A stretch of DNA of 63,104 nucleotides, counting the filler, from Octopus bimaculoides (taxonomy: Eukaryota), in the NCBI RefSeq assembly GCF_001194135.2. It is 5 parts of 5 records of this genome, joined end to end, with 100 filler letters (N's around TTAATTAATTAA, not from the genome) between each part and the next. Parts side by side here need not be neighbours in the genome. Positions count along the whole stretch, not along the records: positions 19,192 to 45,135 come from NC_068982.1; 4 more parts are not named here. One strand, given 5' to 3'. Below the pieces are notes generated by a model. That model worked only from the letters and a program-made list of their open reading frames with translations. It was not told the DNA's origin and searched no databases. Made by a program: the position numbers and the translations under genes. This document shows positions 24,296 to 39,033 of the stretch, in pieces. How positions within the stretch are numbered: position 1 is the stretch's first letter; every line of letters begins with the position of its first letter.

Positions 24296-26436
24296 NNNNN
24301 NNNNNNNNNNNNNNNNNNNNNNNNNNNNNNNNNNNNNNNNNNNNNNNNNNNNNNNNNNNNNNNNNNNNNNNNNNNNNNNNNNNNNNNNNNNNNNNNNNNN
24401 NNNNNNNNNNNNNNNNNNNNNNNNNNNNNNNNNNNNNNNNNNNNNNNNNNNNNNNNNNNNNNNNNNNNNNNNNNNNNNNNNNNNNNNNNNNNNNNNNNNN
24501 NNNNNNNNNNNNNNNNNNNNNNNNNNNNNNNNNNNNNNNNNNNNNNNNNNNNNNNNNNNNNNNNNNNNNNNNNNNNNNNNNNNNNNNNNNNNNNNNNNNN
24601 NNNNNNNNNNNNNNNNNNNNNNNNNNNNNNNNNNNNNNNNNNNNNNNNNNNNNNNNNNNNNNNNNNNNNNNNNNNNNNNNNNNNNNNNNNNNNNNNNNNN
24701 NNNNNNNNNNNNNNNNNNNNNNNNNNNNNNNNNNNNNNNNNNNNNNNNNNNNNNNNNNNNNNNNNNNNNNNNNNNNNNNNNNNNNNNNNNNNNNNNNNNN
24801 NNNNNNNNNNNNNNNNNNNNNNNATATATATATACCTACTTGTAACACGCATATACCAGTCTGCTTCTACTGAGCATAAAGTAAGAAAACTTATTTTACC
24901 ATTAAAATAGCGGGTTACTATGAACACCTTAGTTAAATGAAGGTTTTTACATTGTCGTCAAGGGATCCCATGTTAACTCGCAGGAGATACATACATACGT
25001 ACGTACGTACGTACCTATGCACGTATGTATGTATTTATATATAAACTTGATCGGTTCGTGTTTTATCCACTACCGGGTAAGTGTGTTTAATTTGTTCACT
25101 GAACACTGCTGCGAATTCCCCCTTGTTTTTCAAAAATCCCCCCTAAATCACAAAATAAGGGGAAGAAATGTGTCCTATTTTTCAAATCCGGGTAGCAACA
25201 CTGAAGCTGGAAGCAGGTAATAATCTAATTCTACACCTTATCACATTCAAGAATATAAACACACACGGACTCAAAAAATGAAAAGCACTACCTTTCACCA
25301 ATATTGTCGTTCACGCAATATTGATGTATCGCTCGTTCTGGTTTTATTCCAGACATTCACTTTTGTGATTTTGTAAGTGGATTCTTTGATAAAGGAAAGA
25401 ACAAGTCTTTCTGATTAGCGATCAAGCATGAGCGCTACATACATGCCTTTCATGAGTTTGATACCTCTTTCATCCTATCTGACAGTCTAATGTCTTGTTT
25501 GGAGTAATTTGTATGTTTGGGCCATATGTATGGTCGAAAGGAAAACATCAGAAGTGAATCCTGCCCGTTATGACGTAGGTGAGTCACTTCTGCTAAACAA
25601 AATCTCTCTTGTAAAAAAGAAAAGTAGTGTGCTAAAATATCAGGTAGATTTATTTCAGCGCTGTTTGGATTAAGTACCAGAAATCTTTTCCTCGAATCAA
25701 ATGGGTTGGAAGTTAGAAGTTGATTGTCTCAAGGATTTTCAAATTAACTGGTGCGGCATTCTACTATCTCTAGGTAACATTTTGAAACACATCAACTTCT
25801 GTTACAAGAGAAATAATTGCATACGCGAACCGAATTTTGAATTACAGACACCTTCACAAACACCATATAGTCGCGAAATTGGAATTGGTTACAGAGATTG
25901 CGTTAATGCTCGAGGTACCAGAATGCAGTGGATGAAACTGCTTATCTTAAGGATGAAGAATAGAACTCTGAAAACAAAGATTGAACCCCTTGTCTTTCTT
26001 AAAATCTTGTCTCACCGTATTTAAACGCAAGGATTAAAACAAACACACAGCTGAAAACAAAATGTATCTAAAAGGACATTACCATTCTATTGAATAATTG
26101 TTCGTAATCATAGCACATGAAATAGACATAGCATTTCATACTAAATACTATTATTAGTATATTTTTCATTCAGTAGTAACTAAACTAACTGAAAACATTT
26201 TAAAATTTGTAACCTTTTATTAGTTTATGCATTTTATTATACTTTTATAATAATTACTAAAACGTGTAAGGTGACACAAAAAATAACCTGTTCTTTTTTT
26301 TTTAAGAATGGTGAATATCATCGCAAAATCGACTTGGTGACACCGTTTCCTTTTTTGCTTGCATTCGTTTTGAATATACGAAAAATAAATTAAAAGTATC
26401 CCCTTCGGATATTAAAAAAAAAGGTATGACATGTGA

Positions 26437-26475
26437 TTTGGTAGACGGAAACTAAAAGAAGCCCGTCGTATATAA

Positions 26476-26551
<76 letters not shown>

Positions 26552-26745
26552 GTATGTGTGTGTGTATAGGTCTGTGTGTCTGTGTTTGTCCTCCCAACAT
26601 CGCTTGACGCCGATGCTGGTGTGTTTACGTCCCCGTAACTTAGCGGTTCGGTAAAAGAGACCGATAGAATAAGTACTAGGCTTACAAAGAATAAGTCCTG
26701 GGGTCGATTTGCTCGACTAAAGCAAAAGAGTAAAAGAGTAAAGAG
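26437..26745 (+). mobile_element. SINE family A, 5'-truncated
   Basis: tttggtagacggaaactaaaagaagcccgtcg-(TA)n-gtttgtcctcccaacatcgc..ctcgactaaag..aaagagtaaaagag. Confidence 0.9.
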
Positions 26746-26984
26746 TATGTTATTATTACAATCAATAAGCTATGACATGTTATTATTACATCAATAAGCT
26801 ATGACATGTTATTATTACATCAATTTATAATGCATGAACTATCCAATGAGTTTTTGTCAACAAAAATTTTTTTTTAAATCATAAGTACTTTTTCTATTTT
26901 TCATCAGCGGTTTATACAACAGGTCCTGCAGATTAATTAGCATAAATTATAATTTAGTCGGAAATGTAAAGTTAACATTATATC

Positions 26985-27427
26985 GGTTTCAAATTTTGGC
27001 ACAAAGTCAGCAAGTCTGGGGGAGAGAGTAAGTCGATTACATCGACCCCAGAACTCAGTTGGGACTTATTTTATCGACCCCAAAAGGATGAATGGCCAAG
27101 TCGACCTCGGCGGAATTTGAACTCAGAACATAAAGTTGGACGAAATGCCGCTAAGAATTTTGCCCGGTGTGCTAACGATTCTGCCAGCTCGCCACTTGAA
27201 GTCAGCATTATATTCTTTTCTACTCTAGGCACAAGGCCCGAAATTTTGGGGGAAGGAGCCAGTCGATTAGATCGATTCCAGTACGAAACTGTTACTTCAT
27301 TTATCGACCCCGAAAGGATGAAATGCAAAGTGACCTCGGCGGAATTTGAACTCAGAACGTAAAGACGGACGAAATACCGCTAAGCATTTCGCCCGGCATG
27401 CTTACGTTTCTGCCAGCTCGCCGCCTT
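26985..27427 (-). mobile_element. Two tandem family B SINEs (26985-27195 and 27213-27427)
   Basis: cggaatttgaactcagaac..gccagctcgcc present twice in the same orientation. Confidence 0.9.
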
Positions 27428-30400
27428 AAAGTTACCATTATATTAAAGTTTAAGTGGTGTACCATTAGTGAATATGAATTCTCATCAACAGCATGTTTTT
27501 AATATATAATGTGCTCCCATTGTTTTGGTGGGGACATTAAAAATTACTGATCAAGAGTGTATATTCAGCCAGTCTGTAATAATGGTAGATTGTCTCCACA
27601 CCTGTTGCCCGAAAACCTGAAATTTAAGTAAATAACTGGCACAGGCCCCATAGCTTCATACACATATATCCAGGCATACATTTATACACAAACAGACATC
27701 TAGACGCGCATATACACAGCCACAAACACACACAATCATAAACACGTATATTTACACATGTCTATACACGTCTGCAGACACAGACACATAAATACATACG
27801 CTCACACATGCCCACACATCAAATACATATATACTTTTACGCAGGTTATACACACGCACGTCCACACGTCTACAAATATATAGACACATACACATATACA
27901 CGTTTTCATAGATATATACTCACGCGTGCCCACACAAGTCTGTAAACAAACATATCTACAAACAAACGAACGCACGCACGTACACACACAGACTCATATA
28001 AACCATAAAGTCAGACTGAAAGAGTAAACATGAAAAAGCAGACATTCAAGTAAATAGACCAAACACCGGCTAATTAACTCTAATAATTGAGATGTGATAT
28101 GTTTAATTTAGTGGTAAAGCTAACACACTGCCCGTTTTCATACAACCTTTGATGTACTACAACTGTACGGACGAAGACTATTGACTAAATAGCTGGAGGA
28201 AGTGACCCTCTCACCCTACTATCACCTGGGAAGAGCGGTTTACCCACCTTCACTGTGTCTGCAATATAACCACCTGGTAATCAAAGATATTTTCGTGCAG
28301 CGTACGGTATGAAAGCTTTGTGAACTTCCATATTGTAGCCAATCTCTACAACGAAGAAGTTTTCTAATAGCATTGCAAAATCTTTCTAAATGCTACTCTT
28401 CAAACATGATAGTCGCCACTAAAGACTTGTAGATAAAGCCTTTGCTTTATCAGCAAGAGTCACACATTCATTGCTCAAACACACATATGCGCATGAATAA
28501 GCAGATTTCTCCAGCAGTCTTGAACATCTCGTCTCCATTCGAGCCTGTCACCAGACTTTGGTGTCTGGGGGTGCTTCAGAACATTCTGGGTGGGCACTAA
28601 TTTGTATTGCTGAAAGGTTTTTGTAAACTGTATCTGAGGGTACACCATTGAATAGTGAGGAAGCAATGTCGTCCAATGCACCCCCTTAGCAACAAACATG
28701 TCTCCAGTATGCTCATACGAAACGCCACACATCTAGTTCATATCCTTATTGAACTATCAATCTTTTTGTCTGTTTCTCTCAAAAAGAATCCATTCCAAAT
28801 CACGAACCACTCAACTGTCTGTCCTGTTCCTAATTTTTTGTAGCTTCCATGGCTCTACCGACTATCAACTTAACAATTTCACTGCTACTATCACGAATGT
28901 TATGAAAATAGCCGTAAACAATATCTTTATCAGTTACAATATCTCTCTCTTTTCACAAACCATTAATACGGTTTCCATAGATCCAGTTATCACAGAATTC
29001 GTTTTAGATAACAACACATCAGTGGTTTCTGGTCCTTGTGAAAACAATGTTATAACCATATTGAAATAAACAAAACCTGCGCCTGTCTTTTACACAAGAT
29101 CCTCACATCTCTCTATGGGCTTCACCTATCTTTTATTTTACTGAATAAAAAGTTTCCGCCGCATCACACTTGACATCGACAGAGCTTTGTGCTACTCACA
29201 CCCTATTAACTTTAAGTGTTCCAAAGTTTAGTTGTATCTTCAAAATTATTCCTTCTATACATCAATGACCAATTCACTGTCAAATTTAACCACACAAATA
29301 TTCCTGCATGGATCATACCACTCTTTATTCCTCGTTAAATCGTTTGCATACAGGCCTCAACACAACCACCTCATAGCAAACTTGTACTTCTTCCATGAAA
29401 ACAGACTTCAATAACAAACATCTTTTAATGACGACATGCTAAATTAGTGTCTCTCTCTTTCTTTCCAAGAATCTCTTTCAATTTATCTTCTCTTGCTTTT
29501 TCATCTAACATCTTGAGAAAAAATAAAGGCAATTTCCTTCATCATCCAGGCTCCCTCATTTCCTTCTCAATGACCATAAATACGTTTTCCGTTGAACCAG
29601 AACAAAAACTTGCTTTTCGCTTTGTAGATCCTCGGCAAAAGCAAAACCGATGTTCTGCTCATACAAGAAGAAGAAAAAATTTCAACTCAGTCTGAAATGA
29701 GAACCTCCTAATTCTAGTTTTCCCATCTTGTACTCCATTCTCTCTTATCTCTTGGAGAGAAATTTCTTGTCGGACTGTTCTTTGTCTATGACAGCGCTTA
29801 TAGCGTGTGCTGACAAGACTTTCTCTTAATTACATACTATCAACCATGATGTGTAACAACTCGGTTATATTCCCCACTCTTTTTTCTAAAGATTAATCAC
29901 CAACTTCTAACCATGTGCGCACGCACACACACACACACACACACACACTATACGACCCCACCCCACCCCCACNNNNNNNNNNNNNNNNNNNNNNNNNNNN
30001 NNNNNNNNNNNNNNNNNNNNNNNNNNNNNNNNNNNNNNNNNNNNNNNNNNNNNNNNNNNNNNNNNNNNNNNNNNNNNNGCAAGCTACATTCATCTGGACG
30101 CTTCAAATAAAACATCTTTTCTGAAAGTCACATTCAGAGCAGAAACGGTAGAATGAAGTAAAAAGGTCATCATAAGATAGATCTTGTCAGAACGCTTTCA
30201 ACCGCCTGAACATCGCTAATGACATCCAAGGGCCAGATGGTGGTGCTAAAACGAGTGAAAGACAAAGTCTAATACTCCAAAATAGCAACGATTTCTTCAC
30301 TCAGTTTTCGTCAACCAAATTTCACTCACAAAGATTTAGTCGACCTCAGGCTGTGGTAGAAAACACTTGACGCACATAGGGCTCGAATCCAAAACAATAT

Positions 30401-31701
30401 AGTTGTAGAATGAACTTGTTTACCACACAGACAAACTAAGCCCCTGGGTACGGCTATTCCCTTTTCCCACGAATAGCAAACATTAAAAACAATCTTCATC
30501 AGCATAAAAACATAACATACATATATCAAAGTATAAATTCATTACAATTAAAGGATTAAAGAGATTTATTAGCAGATTAAAGTAGAAAAGACACTAATAT
30601 ATAAACATTATAATGAAGGTATGCAAAAGTAGGAGACAGCAATTAAGTCCAGAGAGTAATCACAACGCTACTTACATTTCACACAGGACACCGTGTTTAG
30701 GTCATGAGGAAAGGGCAGTGTTCGTGACCTCTGCAGGTCACCTCAGACTAGTGAGACTGACGCGGTTAAAGTTCAGTACGAATATCAAGAAGCTCATGAC
30801 TAAAAAAAAAGAAATACACAGAGAATTCTCTAGAGTTCACATTCAGTCAAAGAAAGCCCATGCAAAGTGGCTAGTGCTGAGTTTGAGTGGGAAGACACAG
30901 AATATGGAGCGAGAAGAGAAGAGACGATCGTATACTGGGTGGATTTGGCTGGGAACGATGTGAAAATTGCTAGCAATGAAAAACATAAACCGCTGTAGTT
31001 GTAACAGTAAAACAGTGAAAGGACATATTACGTATGTAGTCCAGAGTTTAGAGCACGGCAGTGAGTGACTCCATATTAATCGGCCGCAAGATTTTCTTTG
31101 GAATATGGTCGAGGACTATCGTGCGTGCAATAGTAATAGTAGCACTTGCCATGTGACTATTGACAGTCGTAACTCGTAAGACTTGAAATCGTTTCTGGTT
31201 TAGGGGCAGATTTTGCAATGCTAAACGGTCAATTACATAGTAATCTCCCTTTGTTTAACGGTCATTTTCATAGCATATTTTGATTGCCTCGATAACTGTA
31301 GACATGCCGGTGCAGGTTTCCGCCCCGACATCCGAAACTCGGAGTTTTATTATGGCAACCGAATAATTGTCACATATTATATTACAGATAAATTATTATA
31401 TTACATATATAATTACACATAAATTCCTCTATTTACATAATATCGAGGTCTTTTTGAGATCGCCAAGAGAAATCATAAATATTTGTAGTGACCAGCATCT
31501 GTAGAGTCTTTGCGGCTTATTCCGTGTTTTCAATATTAAATAGGTACAGAAAGTCAACTAGAAGATGATTTCCGCGATACGTGGAGACGTGGAGTGATTA
31601 CACTGTTTGTTATTAAAAGTATTTAAGATTGCCGTGTCTCCTTCATAAGTCAATACTGATATAACATTTACTCTCTCTCTCTCTTTCTCTCTTTCTCTAT
31701 A

Positions 31702-31796
<95 letters not shown>

Positions 31797-32699
31797 CTCT
31801 CTTTTTCTGTATATGTGTGCATATGTGTTGTTATGTGTATGTGTGTACACGTGTGTGTCTAAAACAGTCTTATATGGTTTGAAGTGTTTCAAAAAGGATT
31901 TATCACATACTTCTCTTTCATTGCATTATACAATACAAATTGTGGTTTGGGAGACTTGAATGACTCAATTTCAATGTAATTTTTATATTTTGTCATTGGA
32001 AACACTTTTACAACGCTCGAATATATTATATTTAAAGGAATAGCCCCTGTGTTTGTGTGTGTGTGCGCGTGTGTGTGTGTGTGTGTGTGTGTGTTTGTCA
32101 GGTTAACTATATATGTATGAGTATGTATATATACAGTAAGTACGCACTGATGATTCACTCAGTTGCTAATGTGACTTTCTCGCTTGTGTGCGTTTGCCTG
32201 GGCGAATGCACGCAAGCGTGAAACTCTGATGCTTTCATTCTCTCTCTCTCTCTCTCTCCCTCTCCCCCTCTCTCTCTCTCTCTCTCCCTCTCTCTCTCTC
32301 TCTCCCTACATACATGTTACTATGATGCTATAATTAAGATAATTAATATTTCATTTTAGTCTGTGCAGACTTCCGCCTAAACCTACCATCATAGGTTTGA
32401 CCGATTAGGGTTGACCTAGCAGACAGAATGATTTTCAAAAGATGGAATAAAAGAATATGGCTCTAATGTACGTACGTACATATGCGTGTATGTATGTATG
32501 TATGTATGTATGTATGTATGTATGTATGCACGCATGTATGTATGCTCGCATGTATATATGAATGTATGAACATTTATATACACAGATATGCATACATCAT
32601 ACACACATAGAGCCCCTTCTTTATGTGTNNNNNNNNNNNNNNNNNNNNNNNNNNNNNNNNNNNNNNNNNNNNNNNNNNNNNNNNNNNNNNNNNNNNNNN

Positions 32700-32734
<35 letters not shown>

Positions 32735-33350
32735 CAGCATAAGCACACGAAGCAGCAAGAATCAAAATAATGATGTGAACATTTATTTTTTAACACATTC
32801 TTGCATGCCAGAACGACACAAATGGGATATTTTGAAAATGTATGTATATATATCACAATATCTGTGCGCGCCCACGTGCGTGCGTGCGTGCGTGCATGTG
32901 TGTGTGTGTGTGTATGTGTGTGTGCGTGCGTGCATTGCACAGTATTTTCTTGTCGAGAAAAAGAAATATCGGCCGGACTACTTTGAAAGCAGTGTTAGGA
33001 TTTCATCAGTGACTGATTATCCGCTGTAAGTCTCTCCGGCAATAATACTTATACATCCACTATTTGTAAGGTATCAAGTAAATGTGTACATTTATAACAC
33101 ATACCGGGTAATTATTTCGAGTATTAAAATACTAATGCGTTAACAATGTTTTATTTCACTGCTGTACTCCACTTTTCAGGCCGTGGAAATGTTGTATATA
33201 CAGACATGGCTTTTTACATCAGTCTATGCATATAGTTTGGCTAAAAGTCTACAGATATATATTATAGTGCAGATTAGCAATGAAACGAAACATTTTTAAC
33301 ATACCAGTGATTTAATAATCTAACTAGCTGCCATGTATGAGTTATATATA

Positions 33351-33739
33351 CTCATTTTTACTTGTTTCAGTCATTTGACTGCGGCCATGCTGGAGCACCG
33401 CCTTTAGTCGAGCAAATCGACCCCAGGACTTATTTTTTGTAAGCCAAGTACTTATTCTATCGGTCACTTTTGCCGAACCGCTAGGTTACGAGGACGTAAA
33501 CACACCAACATTAGTTGTCAAGCGATAGTGGGAGGACGAACACAGACACAAAGACATACAAACATATACACATATACGACGGGCTTCTTTCAGTTTCCGT
33601 CTACCAAATCCACTCACAAGGCTTTGGTCGGCCCGAGGCTATAGTAGAAGACACTTGCCCAAGGTGCCACGCAGTGAGACTGAACCCGAAACCATGTGGT
33701 TGGTAAGCCAGCTACTTACCACACAGCCACTCCTGCGCC
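33351..33739 (-). mobile_element. SINE family A, complete gap-free copy (~390 bp, short internal microsatellite)
   Basis: Minus strand ggcgcaggagtggctgtgtggtaag (A box), gggttcagtc (B box), cttgggcaagtgtcttc core, tail ..gtcaaatgactgaaacaagtaaaa. Confidence 0.95.
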
Positions 33740-34446
33740 TACGAAAATTTATTTGTATATCCATTTTAATTAGGCCCTTAATAATAGTGGGTTTAAAAGC
33801 AATATTGCCCTCTAGAATTAAAAAAGGTACTCAATGGATTGCTGATGAAATCCCATGCAGGACTGAAACTATTCCATTGATCTCACGTTTTTCCCAAAGA
33901 ACATTGTATATACGCATGTACAAAGTATTTACATTTGTTTGTGCATCTAAAGTTGTCTAAAAGCTTTTCTACATTCTGTAGTACAGTATAGCATTGAAGC
34001 AAGTTACACAGCTCCTGTAATCTAAGCCAAAGTAAATTCAAAGTAAACATTACATACATATCACACGTACTAGCAAATGAAAAAGAGCCACCATAACATA
34101 ATATGGTTCACACACTTCTTTTCACTCAATGTAGAATCTAATGTAGAAAGCGATTCTAACAGATCATAATAAACTCACACTTTCCTCTTTACCATAGGTG
34201 TGAAACAGATTATTATGGAAAAACCCTACTTTTTGACAAAGTTCCGCTCTATGTCAAAAAATCTTTACCGTCTTGTCCCTTTCGTTCTAAATTTGACAAC
34301 AAACTTACAAAATCCTTTAGTAAACTTCAGGTAATATTTACATCGATACAGTCTTCTGCCACTCGTCCATAATTTTCAAAAAAACTTATTAGTAACACTA
34401 GTTGAAGAATTTCGAAATTGTCTCCAAATAAAGAAATCTTTAATAA

Positions 34447-35046
34447 GGTCGCAGGAATGGCTGTGTGGTAAGTAGCTTGCTTACCAACCACATGGTTCCG
34501 GGTTCATTCCCACTGCGTGGCACTTTGGGCAAGTGTCTTCTACTATAGCCTCGGGCCGACCAAAGCCTTGTGAGTGGATTTGAGAGACGGAAACTGAAAG
34601 AAGCCCGTCATATATATATATATGTGTATATNNNNNNNNNNNNNNNNNNNNNNNNNNNNNNNNNNNNNNNNNNNNNNNNNNNNNNNNNNNNNNNNNNNNN
34701 NNNNNNNNNNNNNNNNNNNNNNNNNNNNNNNNNNNNNNNNNNNNNNNNNNNNNNNNNNNNNNNNNNNNNNNNNNNNNNNNNNNNNNNNNNNNNNNNNNNN
34801 NNNNNNNNNNNNNNATATATGCGTGTGTGTGTGTGTGAGTGTATTTGTGTGTCTGTGTTTGTCCCCCCCAACATCGTTTTGACAACCGATGGTGGTGTGT
34901 TTACGTCCCCTAACTTAGCGGTTCAGTAAAAGAGACCGATAGAATAAGTACTAGGCTTCCAAAGAATAAGTCCTGGGGTCGATTTGCTCGACTAAAGGTG
35001 GTGCTCCAGCATGGCCGCAGTCAAATGACTGAAACAAGTAAAAGAA
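34447..35046 (+). mobile_element. SINE family A, full length with gap in the microsatellite
   Basis: ggtcgcaggaatggctgtgtggtaagtagc..; tail to tgactgaaacaagtaaaag. Confidence 0.92.
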
Positions 35047-35229
35047 TAATCGGAATCAAAGATAAAATTACATATATTCATACCTTTACCACCCTAAACT
35101 AAGGTGGTGCGATAAAAATATTTCTGATTCAATATACCTTTTCACTAAATGTTTATCCCAATATCGTCAAACTTTGTAATATTAATTGGTGAGCACTTCT
35201 CCAGTAACAACGATTACAGAAAATTATTT

Positions 35230-36661
35230 AATAATAAACACACATAGGTTACTTCACTTTTCCATCTTCCTCTTCGCACTACCCAAGTATATTCTGGAGA
35301 AGGACATTGTCCGAAACATCATTATCAACTCCACTATTTCGTTGCTCCCCCCCCCACACAGACATAAATTTTTAATAATATATACTCTTAAATTTCCTTA
35401 CATACTCGAACAAAACCGAAGCTAACAGGACATGTACAAATATTAGCATATGTCCATTCAATATGCCTTATAACGCAAATACTATGATTTATGCAGCAGA
35501 GATTACTTCATCAAACCAACTTATGACATAATACTGTAACGCTACATAGGCATGATCGAAAGGAAGTTTAAACAAATGGATTACATACTCATAGTCCAGT
35601 TTTTGACGTATCGAAAAGGCGAACATGACGAATTTTTCTATTTATATGTCGCAATTAAAAGCAAACGGGTTCTTATTACAATATCAAATGGAAGAAAATT
35701 TTAAGGTTGGGACTTTAAAGAAACAAAAAAAAAAAAAAGATGTGATATTTCCAAGCTGAAAAAAGAAAAAAAAAACACTCGTCTTCAAATTCTGACAGCT
35801 ACTTAAACGCTAGGTCTGAAGTTGTCAGACAATATGATAAATATGAATATTTATTGCATAAATACTTAACACTACTACCAGGTTAAATTGACGCATTAAT
35901 ATCAAACCCTGTCTACATAATAGGTCAATTCCTTTCCATCCTACACATTCAACAAGCACATATATATATGTATGTACATGCGTATGTATATACGTATGCG
36001 CACACACAAAAGAAAACAAAAACCGATATATATGGATATATATGGATATATGTGGATATATATATGCGTGCACGTATTCTTAACTTTAATACTTATTTTG
36101 AAATTTTATCACACGTTTTCTCTTCCATATCAAGCTGGTTTTCTTCCTTGTTTCACCATTATATTACATTTCATTAAATATATTCACTGCATTTTTTTCT
36201 ATTTCCTTCAATTTTGATTGTTCTTTTTCCTATATGTATTCAAAAGAAAATGATGTATTTTCTACATTTAGATTTGTGCTACATCTACGCTCTTTAGCTA
36301 TAATGCAGAACAACAGAAATCGTTTTCTTTGACCTTTGCTCTGTGGTAATATACAAAAATCAAGTTGAGTAAACAAATAAATTAAATGAATATGTAATTG
36401 AGACGTCAAATATGTATGTTTGTTTGTTTGTGTGTGTATGCGTTTATGCGTGTGTGTGTGTGTATTTGTGTGTCGTCTTTGTGCAAGTGTGTGTGTATGT
36501 GCGTGCGTGCGTGCGTGCGTTCGCGGTCGCGCGTGTGTGTGTGTGTAACGAAATAGTGGAGAGTTGATAATGACGTTTCGGACGATGTCTTTCACCGGAA
36601 TATACTTGGGTAGTGCGAAGAGGAAGATGGAAAAGTGAAGTAGCCCATGTATGTTTATTAT

Positions 36662-36662
<1 letters not shown>
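35230..36662. repeat. ~115-bp inverted repeat pair (35230-35343 / 36547-36662), possible non-autonomous DNA element
   Basis: Arms are reverse complements; by hand, 8 substitutions and one 2-nt indel. Confidence 0.8.
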
Positions 36663-36692
<30 letters not shown>

Positions 36693-37399
36693 ATTCATAA
36701 GAATGGTACAACAAGGTACCGATATTTGCTGGAGAATAGCAATCGATATAAAAACGACGCTATTGTATAGCTTCACTGCGTATATACTGGCAAAAATGCG
36801 TGTGTGCAACAAAACATGAAAAACTTGTCTNNNNNNNNNNNNNNNNNNNNNNNNNNNNNNNNNNNNNNNNNNNNNNNNNNNNNNNNNNNNNNNNNNNNNN
36901 NNNNNNNNNNNNNNNNNNNNNNNNNNNNNNNNNNNNNNNNNNNNNNNNNNNNNNNNNNNNNNNNNNNNNNNNNNNNNNNNNNNNNNNNNNNNNNNNNNNN
37001 NNNNNNNNNNNNNNNNNNNNNNNNNNNNNNNNNNNNNNNNNNNNNNNNNNNNNNNNNNNNNNNNNNNNNNNNNNNNNNNNNNNNNNNNNNNNNNNNNNNN
37101 NNTATAGCGGCGTACATTTTGGTCTCTTATATGTAAGTATATATTTATCTAAATCTTGTACGACTCTATTCTTCTTTTCTTTTATTCTTTCCTTCTTTCT
37201 ATCAGCCCTTTCACACTTGCTTCGTTCATTCCACACTTCGTTCTTTCGTTCCCCCCTCTCACATTTCCTTGCCTTCTCTTAATGCTCACTTTCCCTCCTC
37301 TTTTCACTTCACTGTGTCCCTGTCATTTTTTCTCGCCCCTCCTTATTTCTTGTCCCTCTGCTTCTACCTCTCTCTCTTCTCTCCCCCCACGTGACCGGT

Positions 37400-37872
37400 G
37401 TTCAGCCAAGCCTAACCTTTCTTTCTTGGTTCGGCCGCTGACAGTGCAACATCTATAATCTTCCCTGTGCCTGTAAAATCTTGTACCCCTGCCGTAAGGC
37501 TTTACATCCACACACGCCAGCTTAATATAATTCGTCCTTAGTCGAAAGACACCTGTTGTTATGTCCTGTTCTTTGTATTTGTGTAACATTCTCCGTTTTT
37601 TTCAGTCCTTGTTTTCGTATATATTCGCTGCTTTCTTCCAAAGAATCTAATGCTCTTAGCTTAGTTTTTCCTTGGGGTTGGCCAGATTGGAGCAATCTCG
37701 AGTATAACCAGCCGAAATTGCAAAGATAATCTGGAACTCGACTGAGGAAAGAAAACTCCGAATGACCCGTCCTTGTTTTCTTTGTATCGTCTATCTGGAT
37801 GTTTTGTTGTCCCCTTTCTTGTATCACCTAATTGTCTGGATGTTTTGCGTTCTTGTCCCATTTTGTATTTTA
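37400..37872. repeat. Interspersed repeat (unclassified); its end recurs at 16735-16790 in the opposite orientation
   Basis: ccctttcttgtatcacctaa..gatgttttgcgttcttgtcccatt is the reverse complement of aatgggacaagaacgcaaaacatcc..ttaggtgatacaagaaaggg. Confidence 0.6.
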
Positions 37873-37880
37873 TATATATA

Positions 37881-38497
37881 GGCGCAGGAGTGGCTGTGTG
37901 GAAAGTAGCTTGCTTACGAACCACATGGTTCCGGGTTCAGTCTCACTGCGTGGCACCTTGGGCAAGTGTCTTCTACTATAGCCTTGGACCGACCAAAGCC
38001 TTGTGAATGGATTTGGTAGACGAAACTGAAAGAAGCCCGTCGCATATATGTTTATATATGTGTGTGCGTTTTTGTGTGTCTGTGTTTGTCCCCCTAGCAT
38101 TGCTTGACAACCGATGCTGGTGTGTTTATGCCCCCGTCACTTAGCGGTTCGGCAAAAGAGACCGATAGAATAAGTACTAGGCTTACAAAAAATAAGTCCT
38201 GGGTCGCGCCTTAAAGGTTGTTTCTTTAGTCGAAGAAATCGACCGCAGGACTTATTGTAAACCTAGTACTTATTCTATCGGTCATTTTTGCCGAACCGCT
38301 AGGTTAGGGGGACGTAAACACACCAACATCGGTTGTCAAGCGATGGTGGCTGAGCAAACACACACGCACACGCACACACATACAACAGGCTTCTTTCAGT
38401 TTCCCTCTACCAAATCCGCTTACAAAATACCCAGGGGTATTGAACCCGGAACCATGTGATTGAGAAATAAACTTTGTACCACACAGCCACACATGTT
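37881..38497. mobile_element. Tail-to-tail inverted pair of family A SINEs (37881-38205 plus, ~38225-38497 minus)
   Basis: gcttgacaaccgatgctggtgtgttt..aataagtcctg is mirrored by caggacttatt..aaacacaccaacatcggttgtcaagc about 40 nt later. Confidence 0.9.
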
Positions 38498-38655
38498 TCT
38501 TTATATACATACCCTATTATTCCAATGATGTGAATGCCCTATATGTAGGCACGTGGGGTATTTGTTTAGTATGAGTGCATGTGTAATTTTGAAGCAATAA
38601 AATAGACGCCCACATCTAAAGGAGTCAATGGAGAAACAGTCGAGACGTCTTGGCG

Positions 38656-38693
<38 letters not shown>

Positions 38694-38805
38694 CCATTGA
38701 TATGCGTATATAAATATGTTCACAAACAAAAACATGCGGCGCGTGCGCTTGGGCCCATACTTATGTAGGTGTAGGTGTTTATATGTATACGTAAGCATGT
38801 ATATT

Positions 38806-38846
<41 letters not shown>

Positions 38847-38864
38847 GTATGTGTGTGCGCACGC

Positions 38865-38929
<65 letters not shown>

Positions 38930-38973
38930 GTATATATACATTTGTGTGTATATATATATATATATATAGATAA

Positions 38974-39033
<60 letters not shown>

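Noticed and set aside
28400-29900. Possible very old LINE on the minus strand
   Set aside because: No diagnostic RT or endonuclease motif could be recovered by hand
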